A stretch of 64,000 nt of DNA from Azolla caroliniana. Its lineage: Eukaryota; Plantae; Polypodiophyta. Under the pieces are notes generated by a model. That model worked only from the letters and a program-made list of their open reading frames with translations. It was not told where the DNA came from and did no database searches. Both the position numbers and the translations under genes were made by a program. Below are positions 36,527 through 50,132 of the stretch, piece by piece (the first letter of the stretch is position 1; each line of letters starts with the position of its first letter). The stretch covers positions 14,818,001 through 14,882,000 of the forward strand of contig JBHGNT010000015.1 in assembly GCA_043228905.1 (NCBI GenBank), written 5' to 3'.

Positions 36527-37942
36527 ATGGTGATGGTGATGGTGATGAAGGGCCCTCCCACCCTTCATCTCCACACACCAAATCCTGACCTAAAATCCTT
36601 CCTACCCACCATCCTCCATTCCAGGCAGAAGAAGCCCATTCCAAGCAGGGCCTCAACCCTCCGGCTCCAAAGCTGCCATCTCTCTGGACCCCAACAACAA
36701 CCCTCCTCCCATGCCTACAATATCATGGTGCATGCTGCCAAGTCCTCTCCTCCAGAAGATGGAAAGGAAGAAGATCGGAAGAAGAGATCAATGGCTGCCA
36801 TGGGCTTGATTGTTGGCACAGCCGTTGGCCCGGGAATCTTAGCCCTACCATCGGCCACCATGTCCATCGGCCTAGTCCCATCCACAATCCTCATCATATC
36901 ATGCTGGCTCTATGTAGTCTCCTCCGTATTGCTCGTGGCCGAGCTCACTTTCGGTGTCATGGCTGAGGATCCCTCCGGGGAGCCAAGCTTCACTAGCATC
37001 GCAATCCACACCTTGGGTTCAAAATCAGGTCAGTTTGTCGCCCTTGTATATGCAATGCTAAATTATTCGCTCCTTGTGTCTTGTATCTCGGGTCTCGGTA
37101 GCCTTGCCATGCAATGTATGTATCCATCCTCTCTGTATACCCTCATCTCTCCATGTCTGGTCGCGATCCTGATATGGTTCCGCTCGTTCGACATCATCCA
37201 TGGTGTGAATCAGATTCTATGTTTGATCATGATGGTTTCGATCGGCACCCTTGTCGCCATGGGAGCATGGTATAGTTGTAGTAGCAGCTTCACTGTCTTG
37301 ACCACATTACCCCTACAATGGTCTAGTGTTCAAGCCCTTGTTCCCGCAATTCCCCTCACCGTCCTCACGCTAGGGTTTCATGTGATAACTCCCGTGGTAT
37401 GCAAAGTTATCGGAGATCCTGAAGAGGCGCGGAGGGTGATCCTCTTGGCTGGAATGGTTCCTCTGGCCATGGTTCTTTCTTGGAATTGGGTAGTGTTGGG
37501 CCTAGCCAAAGGTTCAGGATTGGGATCGGTTGTGACGGATCCGATCGAGCTTTTGTTGTCGGTAAGCACGTTTGCAGGGCCAGCCGTGAGAGCATTTGCA
37601 TTTGGTGCCCTTGGAACAACTCTTATTGGTTATGCCCTCAGCTTCCCGAAGCAACTATCTGATACTGTGGCGTCTTTGCTACCCTCATCACCATCACCAT
37701 CACCATCACCATCACCATCACCATCACCCGCACCCACACCCTCATGGTTAGACAAGGGGATGGTGGGTATAGTTCTTTTGCCACCCACTGTGATGGCAAT
37801 TTTGCACCCGGGAGCATTCGCAAGGGCACTCGATTTCGCAGGAATCTACGCAAACTGCTTCCTTTTTGGGTTTCTTCCACCTGTCATGGCTTGGAGATAT
37901 CGCCACAGTAGAAATGGGGCAGCAAAGTACAGGTGCATATAG
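36527..37942 (+). CDS. Trp/Tyr permease-family (aromatic amino acid) transporter, likely plastid-targeted
   Basis: GLIVGTAVGPGILALP motif, LLVAEL, many hydrophobic helices, LTLGFHVITP, ALDFAGIYANCFLFGFLPP. The N-terminus is Ser/Pro/basic-rich like a transit peptide. The start is the first ATG after the (CTT)n tracts. A possible intron donor CAG|GTGCAT at 37932/37933 means the C-terminus may differ. Confidence 0.85.
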   Translation: MVMVMVMKGPPTLHLHTPNPDLKSFLPTILHSRQKKPIPSRASTLRLQSCHLSGPQQQPSSHAYNIMVHAAKSSPPEDGKEEDRKKRSMAAMGLIVGTAVGPGILALPSATMSIGLVPSTILIISCWLYVVSSVLLVAELTFGVMAEDPSGEPSFTSIAIHTLGSKSGQFVALVYAMLNYSLLVSCISGLGSLAMQCMYPSSLYTLISPCLVAILIWFRSFDIIHGVNQILCLIMMVSIGTLVAMGAWYSCSSSFTVLTTLPLQWSSVQALVPAIPLTVLTLGFHVITPVVCKVIGDPEEARRVILLAGMVPLAMVLSWNWVVLGLAKGSGLGSVVTDPIELLLSVSTFAGPAVRAFAFGALGTTLIGYALSFPKQLSDTVASLLPSSPSPSPSPSPSPSPAPTPSWLDKGMVGIVLLPPTVMAILHPGAFARALDFAGIYANCFLFGFLPPVMAWRYRHSRNGAAKYRCI

Positions 37943-39307
37943 CCCAAGTTTTTTATTTTTTTATCTATTTTTGGGTTTTTTTCCACCAATTTTTCTTAAA
38001 TCTAGGGTTTCCCTCTTTTCTTTCTCCTGTTTTGTTTTTTCCTTGATCTTGTGCATTCTGTGTTTTCCTAGGATTCTTGAATTGGGGCATTCTCTGTAAT
38101 TAGCAGTCCGGTTTTTGAAGTCATTGTCTAGAGAGGCCAAATTTTTTATTCAACAAAACTATAGTATTAAGACAACTTCTGGCTTAGTGAGATTTCCTAA
38201 CTCCTTTTTCTCTCTTCTCCTTCTTCATCTTCGAGTGTGCAGGACTATACCGATCTTATTAGCACCCAAGGGACGCGTCTTCTTGAGTTCCCTCATTGTA
38301 ATCTCCCTCTTTCTTGGGTTGAGAGGGCCAGGTACTTGAACACCCTGGCATAGGCTTGATGACAAAGATTGACATGGCCAAACTATGGAAATTGAATTTT
38401 TGCTGAGAATAATGGAATTGCCACAATATTGTTGTGATTGATTCATATGTTTGGTGTGAGGACTTGGATGGTAAAGTAGATTGGAACTAGTATTGAACAT
38501 ATCTTGATGGAATTGACAGGACAAATCCTCGTAAAGTTTCAGTTGTGTGGCATGGGTAGAATCTTTGACAAAATTCATACTCATTCATTGCATCAGAATC
38601 TGTCAAGAAATGCAAATGCATTTGTTTCCTTTTAAATTTCCTCCCCAGTTTCTGTTGTCACGAAATGCATTCAACTCAGGAGTCAAAGAAATCAAAACCA
38701 AATTTCAAATTGATCCAAATATGCTTCTGCATTTGTGAAGCTTTAAAGGATTGGACGATCGATGTCCTTGTTGACCTATATATTCTCGTAGCTCATGCAT
38801 GGAGGCTCACAAATATGCATGCAACTTAGGCGTGTTTTCGCGTCTGCATTTTACTTAAATCTGCATGTGCATCTTTAGATTTGGCCTACTCTTTTCTGAA
38901 AACCCTACAACCAGTGTTAGAGATTGGTTATATCGTAGGAGTAGGCACTCTTGTAGCTTTTTTCAGGTTCCCATTTAGGCATTGTTTTGCTTCCACATGA
39001 AACTTTTAGGCTGCATTCTTTAAACATCAACAATCTTGTGCTTTTAGCGGTCTCGAAACTTGATCTCCATCTTTTCACGAATTGGGAGCAATATTCTCTA
39101 TTTTCCTTTCGTTGTTGCAGGTATATCTACTAATATTGCTATCAATTTCAAGAGATTTGACCAGGTTGGATTTTATTTATGGAAGATCATAATGGAGAGC
39201 ACAATCTACCTTCAAGGGTGTGTCAAGGTGAATGGATTGTCCACACAAGCTTGGCTAAGTCTTCCCTCCTTTTTTCCTATTTTATATATTGTTTCTCGAA
39301 CACTAAA

Positions 39308-40210
39308 ATGGTTTCCAAAGGAACTAAAGAACATAAGGAGATACAAGACGAGGTCATTAGTAAAGAAGATTTTTTAGAAGTATTTGATCGATTAGTAAAA
39401 ATACGAAATGACATGAAAAATTGGGGAAAAGCAGCCAAATCACACAAGAAAAAATATAGGGAAGAAAATGACACACTCAATGCAGAAATAGAAAAACTCA
39501 AACTAGAAAACATCGACCTCAAGAAACAACTCAATGACTTCGAGGTAACTAGGGAAGATGGTGAAATATCTTCCATAGAGGATATTAAGGAAGAGCTAAA
39601 AAAGTTTACGGAGAAGTTAAAAACGACATGGAACTAGGTACAGCAAGCTAGATAGATGTAATAAAACGAAATATTAAAAAAGAAATAAAAGATGCAAATA
39701 TTGTAAACACTAACTACCCTTGAGGAAGAGGAAATGTGCCAGGCTTGACACCTAAATGTATGTGTCATTGGACTTCAGGGTGCATCTCTTGACAAAGATG
39801 CACAAACACTTGGGAAAATATTAGGGAACACAAGGGCCTTACCGATCACTAAAACCAAATGCTCATGAGTAGACATTGCGCCAATGCATGGAAGAGACTA
39901 TGAGAAACAAGACCAAAAACACCCATCGAGGATCCTAACACTTGGCACACATATACAAAAAAAACTTTACTAAGTCCGGAACCAACCACCCATTCCTATG
40001 CCTTACACACCTCGACCTACCATGAGGACATTTTTCACGGTGTCTATGGTCACTAAGGTCATAAAGAAAATATAGCATCGAATGTCCATGGATCACATAG
40101 GATTGCAAGTTGAGCGCATCATATATGCTCAAGAATGCCTAGCTCCTTTTCTCACTATGCTCTAAGTTCAACCATTTCTCCACGAAGGGTTTTCCACCAC
40201 ATTGGAGTGG
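39308..40210 (+). mobile_element. Degenerate LINE relic (coiled-coil ORF1 plus RT-upstream fragment)
   Basis: A K/E-rich coiled coil is followed by LNVCVIGL (resembles the LINE ORF1 N-x-x-x-x-G-L motif), then LAPFLTML...EGFPPHW near 40140-40205. Confidence 0.5.
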
Positions 40211-40799
40211 AGTGTATTTACTATGATTGATTCAATGTACTTCTTTGTCTTCAGATTGATTAAATACAACATAAGTCAATTTGGTCTCTTTGAAGACGGC
40301 CAATCTTCCTCTCTTTTACGTCAATGAAAAGCTTGGTTTGGTCATGCTACTTATTTTCCATTCTCCAACGTTTGATTTGTGTGGTTGAATTCTTCATTCC
40401 AAATTTGGGCTTCAGTTAATTTCTCTAGCATATTCATTTCTATCTCTTCCTCTGGAGCCACAAGGGTTTCAATTGTTGTCTAGCCATGTTTTCCTTGTAT
40501 AGGGTATTATGAATCACCAAGGGTGAGAAATTATTAATCCTATTTGAATGGTTAGGCATTTGGGTCATTCATTGGGATAGGACATCACAAATAAGAAAAA
40601 AGTTGAAGAGGTAAGATGAAAGTTATGTTATTGGACAAAGGGTTCAAAAAGTAGCTTTCATACATAATATTAAAAAGCATAGATCAATTCTCAAAGGCAA
40701 TACATTTAAGTAAAGGCTTGAGATTGTTGTCACATGTCAGAATCTACACAACAAAGTTGTTGGGAGGTTTAAACATATTCAATATGGAAATTCACGTGC

Positions 40800-40910
40800 T
40801 AGCAAGGAAAACAATAATCCTCATTGAAATGGAAAATTAAATGCAACCATGGACAAAGATGTTGGCATATATGCGCAAATGCATGGATGTAACATTTGGT
40901 AAGTATGATA
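40800..40910 (+). mobile_element. Possible MULE transposase relic
   Basis: QPW...M...MDVTFG resembles the MULE QTPWQ...MDATFG motif. Short and degenerate. Confidence 0.3.
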
Positions 40911-43900
40911 GCACTATAGTATGCTGTCCATTCTCTACAAAATTAGAAATTGATGAAAAGTTACAACATATGCGCACTAGAATAGAATGGGATCAAGATA
41001 TAGTAGTTAGATGCAAATTGAGAGAATTTGTTGGTCATCTTTTCCATTCTACATTAAAGGATCTAGAAAACAAGTCGTCTTATTTCATTTCTAAAAAGGG
41101 TTCATATATAAAGGATCTAACAACAAATGACTGTCATTCGATCTCATTTAGAGAGGGACTTAATAGGCATAAATTAGGTTGCTTTCAAAGAGATACTAGA
41201 AATAAAATAAAGGATTTGGTCCATCCTTTTACACCATTGCAAACAAAAAAAAGGTTTCAAGATTGGAATTTGGTAGGCTTGGACATGTGCTTTGATGTCT
41301 CCTCATTGTGGTTTTCCTTATAATTTATTTTCTTCAAATGTTTAGGAAATTTGGTTGTTCTTATTTTGCCTCCTTTTCAATAACCCTAATTTTTATAACT
41401 AATATGGCCTTAAGGTTTACAATGAAAGAAATATTTAAGGTGGGTCGCCTTATTAGCTTTAATGGAAGCACACCTTGAAAACGTTTTAGAGTTTGTGGCA
41501 AATAAATCAAATACAAGCTGTAAAAGACTACTCTATTAGACTAATTAAATCTAGTTTTGTTTTAAAATAAATAATAAATTATGGAACATTAGATCTATCA
41601 TTGTGAAGTAAAAAGTCACCACTTTTTTTATGTAGAAGAGTTGCCATTTCTCCTAGCGACAAACATCTTTAGAATGTACTCCCACTGTTGTGTTAGCTGA
41701 GATTAAATATAACACTATGTGTGCAAAGTTTAGTGCTCTAGATACCTTATTTGTCTTCTCCATGGTAGGGAATAAAAGGATTAGAGTATTTCAAGTGTGG
41801 AAGTTCTAATATTTGTGGTCGAGGGTGATTGCACATGTTTTCAATTTCCTTTATTTAATTGTATAAAATTTCAATTAGTTAGTTGGTGTGGCCATTTTCG
41901 TTGTTCACTTGACTATATTTAGCCTAAGGGTACTATCTATTGCTAGCGCACCACTAAATGTCACGCTTTTGATGTTTCAAGGTTGTTTACCGTTTGTGAC
42001 ATTAGGAGAAAATATGGCATTTTTGCATTATGATATTAATGTGGTTACAAATGAGCGATTAGCATATGTCCATGAATTAAAGAGCAACTTTTATGAAACT
42101 TCACCATGGATTGATGCCTTGTGTTTCTTCCAAATGCTCATCAAGTAGGGTAAGTACATTATGTATGTTTTTTCTCCACTTGTAATTATACATCTGGGAA
42201 CCTTCATATATGGAGTTGGGTGTATATTATATCTCGTTGATCCATTTAGTCATCTAGGATCATTTCAATTTATACCTTTTATTTATCCTATAACGAACAC
42301 TTCAATCTTGAGATTATCTTCCCAAACTTTATTCTTTATTGTTGAACCTTCTCCCTTAAAATAGATTTTCTTTCCAACATTCATTTCTTAACTCTCTGTT
42401 CAAAGTCAACCCTCAATATTAAACTAGGTAACATTGATCTTATTTATCTTCAATGACATAACAAAATTTCAACACTAATTGCTCAATTCTAAATTTAAGA
42501 GTCAACCTCCATTATTTAACAACTAATTGTTGACTTTATTTGCCTTCACCCACATGACAAATTGCTTAGAAAATAATGAAGATAGTGAAATGTATCCATC
42601 ACTTGAAAGTATTAGAAAACTACTTGGAAGCATTCCAAACGACTAAGAAGTATTCTAGAACTATTTGAGTTCCCCATAGTGTAGCACTTTGTCGATGTTG
42701 TTTGGCTTGTAAATTTCAACAAATTATACATCTTGTGTGTTCTAACTTCTCACTCTGTGAGTTTTTAGCCATTTGAACAAAATGGTTGAATATATAACCT
42801 TGGTTGTTGATGTCCCTCACATGAGATAACAATCAAGGAGCATTTAAGTAAAGGCATGAGAGTTTGATCATCCAAAATATTTGGATGTCATCAAGCTCAA
42901 TTCTAATGTGTAGGCCTAATTGGTTTAGGCATTGAATATTGTAGTGTGAAGTCTTAAGTTTAGCATTGATAAGGTCACCTAAGTGTTGGTGGGTGCATGA
43001 CGTTGACATACAATAACAAATGCACACAACTACGATTCAACATCCATCATTTACCTTCAAATGGTGGAGGATGGCACCCAATAACTCTACATTGGTAAGT
43101 CAAGGTTGCACGATCTTGCATGAACTTTACTCAAACGTGAGTTGTCTAGGTTGCTCTTCAACATATTATGGGTTATTCTTGTTTTAAGGAGAGGGATAAC
43201 ATCTTTATAAATATTATAATAAGATGTAAACGAAAGCTTCTATTTATTAGAGACCGAGAGATAGACATGATGATGAAATGATGTCTTTTTCATTATTATA
43301 AGAAGGTATAAAAGAGAGTAAATGCTTATTAGAGAAAGAGATGACGATGACGACTACATATTTATTTCAAAGGCTAGAAAACTAGCATATGTAACCCAAA
43401 AAGAGTGTAATAATTGCAAGGAAACCTATTTAGTGGTGCAAAGTGGTGGTCACACATAGCTCATGTATTTTCTTAAGGTTATTCCCAAGCACGCACATGA
43501 GAGGTGTGCCCAACTTAGCAAAGTTGTGCAATATTAGTGCATGTTGAAATAGTTGGCAGGAACCATTGTTGGATTTTTTGGGGGGAGCAAGGAGAGGGGT
43601 AGTATGGAAGGGTAGAATTGGTGATGTTTTATTGTTTGTGATATTTTATTGTAGTTCTTTGGACGTAATATATGACTTTATGGCACCAAAGTGAATCATT
43701 TTTCACGCAATGTGATGGAGTGGTTGGTGGTGACTCTCATTGTTCTTGCACCTTAGTAATGAATGTTATAATTATGAACACATATTGTGACTAAGAGAAA
43801 TATGGGTATGGGTTAGTTCAAGATTGAAAGTGTGGGGAAAAGCAAGGTTGAGTGTGATCAAAAGGTGGAGATGCCAGCATGGCTATAAATGGAAGATAAC

Positions 43901-44680
43901 GTGAGGTAAGACATGTGGAAGAGGCAAAGGTATAGGCATATTGTGGACAAAGGCATGGCCTCTCATAGTAGTTTGATTCAACATATTATATGTAATGTGT
44001 GAAGTGTGAGCCTCCAACAATCTCTTTAGGGGTGACATTATTTGGTGGCCAATCCTCAAAGGATCATGTATTGCCTTCATTCAATTAGAGGAGATATTCT
44101 TTAGGGAATATGACCAAAATATGTGCCACCAATTTTTCGAAGTTACTTGTGTAAGTGTGGCCAAAATGTTCAGGCTTCTCATCACATCATATGAAGATTA
44201 AGAACATATATGGAGGAAATATTTTCTAACGTCACATAAAAGATTGAATATAAAGTGAAAAAAGTCTTGATTTAACCTCACAAAGATATATCTCTGTAAA
44301 AATCAAAGAAGTGAATTAATTTATGAAATCCTTAGTTTAAATACCTTGCAACAAAATCCCTTTCCTATACTCTAGAGTCTAGACTCTAGGTCAAAGAAAA
44401 CATCGTGGTTTCATGGGTTTAAAATTTTGCTCTAAGGTGAACTTTGGATCAATCTCATATATTTCTATGGAATTCAGTACATAACAATAATGTACATTGC
44501 AACTTGAAAATTCCAAGTTTCTATGAGGCATGACACATTAATTAGTTTAACTTCCATCTTCCTACTCTAAAACTATGTGCAAGTAAGTACATACACAAGC
44601 ATATGTATCACTTGACTAGTTCTTCATTTGCGTAGTTTCTACGATTTATTTCAATTTATCCCGCCCTCATAATGCCATTA

Positions 44681-44820
44681 CCGATTTATTACCAATTCAT
44701 TCCACCTCGTTTTATTAGCCCATTATAGGAAGCCAATATTAAATTTTTGCTTTCCATTCCCGATTTATTACCAATTCAATCCACCTCGTTTTGTTAACCC
44801 ATTATAGGTAGCCAATATTA
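44681..44820. repeat. 61-bp imperfect direct repeat, two copies
   Basis: CCGATTTATTACCAATTCA...GCCAATATTA at 44681-44741 and 44760-44820. Confidence 0.85.
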
Positions 44821-46199
44821 CATTGACTATCATGAGAAGATGATCCAAAGTCATGTGTATTTTATATCCTGGCACAGTTATCCAAACTTTGAACTTTTTG
44901 TATCCCCCCCATTTCCTTTACTTTCTTAATATTTCAAGTGGCATGGAAACGCGAAAACATTTCCACTTTTATGTCAACTTGAAAGTAATTGTCGTCACGT
45001 TCATGTTCACATTTTCTAATCAAGCCCCTAACATGACTTTTAGTATCGAATCAAGCCCTTCCCATTATTTTAGAAATGCGTCAATGAAATGAAGCCTAGG
45101 GAAACTCATTAGGGATCTTATGATGGAGCTCCCAATGCTTGTTTGCTCAAAGAAGCCAATTCATTTTAGAGTCTCTAAAGAAAATCTCAATCATGGGGTT
45201 GCAACTCGTCATTATTTATTTTGGAACCAATGCACGTACCTTGTTTATTGGCCATTGGGTACAATTGTTGTAGGATTAATTCCATGACTCATGTTGGATT
45301 TGGCTAAAACACATATTGGTTTCTAACACAAATGAATTGATGCAAGTTTGTTAGGAGGAATGACAAATAAATTCTGAGGATTAGATAAAGATGACACAAG
45401 TAAACATAGGTGTGTGCAGCTTCGGAAATTTAGAAGAGAAATGTCAAATACAAAATATGAATGAAGTTAGATAGTGTGGTGGCAAATGTTAATAGGGTGA
45501 CTATAGTTCATGTTTCCGGGTTGGATGTTGTCCCTAACTAAGCTATGACACACATTATAGTTTTGACAATAACCTCTAGAATATGGAATGTTAATACATT
45601 TTGTTTTTCTAAGGTGGGGATGTACATGAGATTGAATCATGGTCAAATGTGAATTGAAATTTGACATAATAATTAAGTTTTTTTTTAATGAAAGACATGT
45701 GGAAATAAATGATGCTACTCCAAGGTAGACACCAATATGGCAAGCGAAAAATGTTATTCCATCATGTACATATACTACAAATTCAAGCACCATAAACATT
45801 TGGGTTGAGGAATAAAAGATCTCTAAAACATTTGTTTTAGAAAAGGGTCACAAATTTCTTCTCAATTATTTTCACTTTCTAGAATATTCATTTAGCACAT
45901 GATTATGTTCTAAATCCTTTGCATTCTCATGAAATGGAGGGAATGGCATAAGAAGATGAAAGCTTCTTATTTTAGTTCTTTCATGTTGATGACATTTTTA
46001 GAAAGAGAATGTGCGATTTTATAGTGGCAAATAAGATGCCACTTATGTAGCATACTACCTAATATATGCCCTACTTTCATAGAGGGCTAGACTAGGATGG
46101 TCGATCATGTTCCCGTTTTGTATGAAAGCATTTGCCAGGCATCGATGAGTGGGTGCCTTTGGAGGTGAGCTAAAAATGCAGATACATTTAAAATGGGTC

Positions 46200-46750
46200 A
46201 TACTTTTCTCTTTCTTTTTTCCAAAAAACAAAACTACTTCCATTAGTTAAGGCAATGTACATAGGATAATATACAACTCATATCTTACAAGCCACCTTGC
46301 ATGTCAAAAGAAAACAATATGTGTGGAGGAAACAACAAAAACAACTCCAAAACACCACATCATTCAATGAGCATAGCATTACCCGAACGCATACTCTCCA
46401 TGTGAGCCTCATACAACCCGAATTCAACATAAACGCCCTCCATTCACTTCTCATGGCAGCACCCATCTAGATGTTAGGTACACTCAGAGGGAACAACCAC
46501 CGTGGTGGTTGATAATTCCACTTCGCTTTACCATCCACCATATGCAGCATCGACGAACCGCTCCATTTCAGAAGGAACTGAGCTCTAGCTTCTTCAATTG
46601 CGTTTGAGGGCCCTTGAAGACTTTCAAATGCTCCTCGTAACGTAGAAATAAGATTAAACCAGATCATCATTAAATTCTTAGCTAGTGGGGTTCGCTTACC
46701 TGTGAAGGTCTCCTTGCACCTAGATACCCACCGGTGGGTCATACTTTTCT
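46200..46750 (-). mobile_element. Probable L1-type LINE 3' end relic
   Basis: Trp-rich C-terminus (IWFNLISTL...QFLLKW...KWNYQPPRWLFP), then a UTR and an A-rich tract on the minus strand. Confidence 0.4.
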
Positions 46751-47184
46751 GCATAATGCTTGAGGAGGATGACATGCACAAATGCCTTATGTGTCTAGTT
46801 GCGAAATGCATTTGCATTATAATGCAATAGGCAACAAGGATATCATTTCAATGGTTTGTGGCTAAGGAGCTGAGATTTATCCTCCTCACAATTAGGCTTG
46901 GTGTTTTGAATACCTTGGATATTAGGGTGAATGGTACTATTAGAGTGTAGGCCTAATGGGTTATCGTTGAACGGTCTTTGTGGAATACCATAAGTATGTC
47001 AGCGGAAATGAAATTTGATTTGGTATCCCTTGGAATTACATGTGCCTTGTGTTCTGAGTTTATGTCAACAAACCATACATTATCTTATTAGGAGTTTCAC
47101 CTCACCATAAAGATCACCACTATTGTAGTAGGGATAATGGTTTTTACTTTGTTGTGCTTATTTTTTTAATATGCCTAGAGGCGT

Positions 47185-47185
<1 letters not shown>

Positions 47186-47243
<58 letters not shown>
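47186..47243. repeat. (AG)29 microsatellite
   Basis: Directly visible. Further (TG)n, (GA)n, G20 (47849-47868) and G23 (48546-48568) tracts lie upstream of the ATL gene. Confidence 0.9.
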
Positions 47244-47249
<6 letters not shown>

Positions 47250-48459
47250 TGCTTTGAGGTACAAGAAGAGCTTTGCCAACTACCTCATGTATTTCGATAA
47301 AATATCCACATTATGGTAAAACGCACATGAATAGACGAGAACCATAATTATTTACTTATTTGGAGATGGGTACGAGGAAGAATTTCAAGGTGGTGAGAAT
47401 GTTTTGGCAAGAGGTTTCCTTTCCAAGCCATTCGAATCATCAAAAGGGTGAAAGAACGAGGGGAGGACCTCAAGATGGTGTTTGTGGGATGTGGATTATT
47501 AAAATACCAGACGATGACGCGAATAATACCCCCAACAAGACGTAGACATTCAAAATTTTTGATCTATCCTTGCTTCCATGACAAATCAAGTGCACGTTCC
47601 TTTCTTACATTTAGGTGATTCAACAACCGCACGATGTTCCTTTCCTTCATTTTAGGTGGGTTTTGACAAAAGTATGTGGACCCGTTACGAGGTGTGTATT
47701 ATAAGTGATGAGGTAAGGTACAACAAGGGCCCAAGAGTAACACGAGTGGGTCATATAGCAACATATCCTTTTACGGAAGAATAGTAAGATAGATGTAAGG
47801 AGGAAGGCGATCATCGTGCACAACACCTTTGATTGATGCATATATGTTGGGGGGGGGGGGGGGGGGGGTGGACCTTGGGACCTTTGTTTGAGAGAAGAAC
47901 CTAGATCTAAATAAATATACACAACACTATTTGTTTGTATTTTGGCCCATAGGAGGATCAGGATGGATATATGCTTCATTGTGTGTGTGTGTGTGTGTTT
48001 GTGTATTTTATGTGTTTTTAGGTGATTGTGTGTGTTTTAGTAATGGGGTGTTTGACTAATTAGGCAGGCAGACAATTATTAGATGTAATAATAAAATCAA
48101 TCAAATGTGAATGTATAAACATACATATATATGTACAATTGCATACAATTTAATTAAATAGATAAATAGATAAATATAATAAATGCAACTTAAATTAAAT
48201 ATGTACATATATTACCTAAATAATAAAATAAGTAGACAAAAAAATAAATAAATAAGTAGACAAAAGTATGCAAACTAAATTAATGAAAAGAGAGGTAATT
48301 AATTGCAGATGAGAGAGAGAGAGAGAGAGAGAGAGGCTTTAAATATATGTAACAATGATGATCACAATAAGCAAAGTAAAAAATAAATACATAGATAGAT
48401 AAGTAGGAAAAAAAGAATAGAAAAAAATTAAGAAAGAGGAAAACTAATTCCAGATGTAA

Positions 48460-48491
<32 letters not shown>

Positions 48492-49136
48492 CCCTAGTAT
48501 GTATGTATATAATAAAAGTTAGGAAATGGAGAAAATAAAGGATCTGGGGGGGGGGGGGGGGGGGGGGGAGGGGTAATTAAACAAGTAATTAAGAGTATTA
48601 AAGAAAAACAAAAAAGGAAGAAGGGAAAAAAAGGGAAAGGAAACAAAATAAAAACAAAAACAAAAAAAACCCAATCACCATAAGAGAGAGAAGAGAAGAC
48701 AGACACAGAGAGAGAGAGAGAGAGAAGCAAAAGAAAAGAGCAGAAGAAGAAGAAGAAGAAGAGATTTGAGGAGAGGAGAGGAGAAGCAGGATTTGATTGA
48801 AAGCCACTCTCACTCTCTCTACTCTGCCAGGAAGAGGATGCAGATTGATTGAGTCATTCAAACAGGCAGCCAAACAGGGAGAATCACAGGAAGAATCAGA
48901 GGGAGAATCAGAGGGAGAATCACAGGAAGGGTTCACAGGAAAAAGGAAAAGCATAGACACTCAGGAGGAGGAGGAGGAGGAGGAGGAGGAGGAGGAGGGA
49001 AGATCAAGGATCACTAGAGGAGGCCTCTGGCTGGCTTCGGCACGCCCAAGAATCGGAATCGGGAATCAAGAATAGGGAATCGGGGGATCGGGAATCAAGA
49101 ACCGGGAACCGGGAATTGGCGGTCGTCGTCGTCGTC

Positions 49137-49802
49137 ATGGATGTCCTTGTGGGGTTGTCTCCTCCCCCAGAGGAGGCGGGAGCCCGAGTGGCCGATGGCT
49201 TGAACAGGGTGGGGTTGGGCTATGGGATCGCCATAGCCGTGGGCATACTGGTCCTAGTCTCCACCATCATGCTGGCCTCGTATGTATGCGTGAAGCTTCA
49301 CGGCCGCGGCCTGGGGCCCGGCCCGGGACCCGAGGATCCCTCGGCCTTGCGTCGCCGTCGCCAGCTCCTCCTCCAACACTCCTTAGAGGAGATCATCACG
49401 TCCCAGGATCATCATCATCATCATCATCATCCGGGGTCCGCCCCGCCCCAAGGCCTCGATGAAGCCACACTTCAGAGCTACCCCAAGGTAGTCTACAACC
49501 ATAAGAAGGGACCCGAGAAGGAGAAGGAGAAGGAGAAGGCCCCGGCCGGCATGATGGAGAGCGGGTGCTGCTCCATCTGCTTGGCCGATTACGGGGACGG
49601 CGAGGTCCTCCGCGTGCTTCCCGACTGCGGCCATGGGTTCCACGTGGCGTGCATCGACTCGTGGCTCCGGCTCCAGGCCTCGTGCCCCATGTGCCGATCC
49701 TCCCCCCTCCCCACCCCCGTGTCCACACCCCTCTCGGAGCTCATCCCGCTCGCCCGCAACCCGCTCATCAATGTGCGCTACACAATTCAGAACATCCTCT
49801 GA
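49137..49802 (+). CDS. ATL-family RING-H2 E3 ubiquitin ligase (ATL67-71-like), intronless, 221 aa
   Basis: N-terminal TM segment GLGYGIAIAVGILVLVSTIMLASYVC, GLD motif (GLDEATLQSYP), RING-H2 CSICLADY...CGHGFHVACIDSWL...CPMCR, and C-terminal PTPVSTPLSELIPLA. Confidence 0.95.
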   Translation: MDVLVGLSPPPEEAGARVADGLNRVGLGYGIAIAVGILVLVSTIMLASYVCVKLHGRGLGPGPGPEDPSALRRRRQLLLQHSLEEIITSQDHHHHHHHPGSAPPQGLDEATLQSYPKVVYNHKKGPEKEKEKEKAPAGMMESGCCSICLADYGDGEVLRVLPDCGHGFHVACIDSWLRLQASCPMCRSSPLPTPVSTPLSELIPLARNPLINVRYTIQNIL

Positions 49803-50000
49803 ATCCCAATCGAATCGCGGTCCCGAAAGGAGGAGAGGTAGAATTGATAGATAGAAAGAAAGAAAGAAAACCCATTCCATTTCCTCCACAAGGGCCGGAG
49901 GCCGGCAGTCGCCTCCATGAACCAACCTCATGCAGGGAGGTGGCATTTGGTCAGGCCGTGCCGTGCCGTGCCGTGCAGTGCACGAGAAATCATCTAACCC

Positions 50001-50132
50001 CACCCTCTCTTTTTTAGATTGCTGGGGCTAAATTGGCCTTCTTGGGTGTATCAAGATGACAATCATCACCCTCTCTTTCTAGATCTCTAGGGCTAAATTG
50101 GCCTTCTTGGGTGTATCAAGGACGACAATCAT
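50001..50132. repeat. 66-bp tandem duplication in the putative ATL 3' UTR
   Basis: Units 50001-50066 and 50067-50132 share GGGCTAAATTGGCCTTCTTGGGTGTATCAAG. Confidence 0.85.

Noticed and set aside
44372-44389. 18-bp perfect palindrome CTAGAGTCTAGACTCTAG
   Set aside because: Isolated, with no associated element ends or other context.
44641-44820. CRISPR-like repeat-spacer pattern
   Set aside because: Only two full 61-bp copies in a eukaryotic context with no cas genes; an ordinary local duplication.
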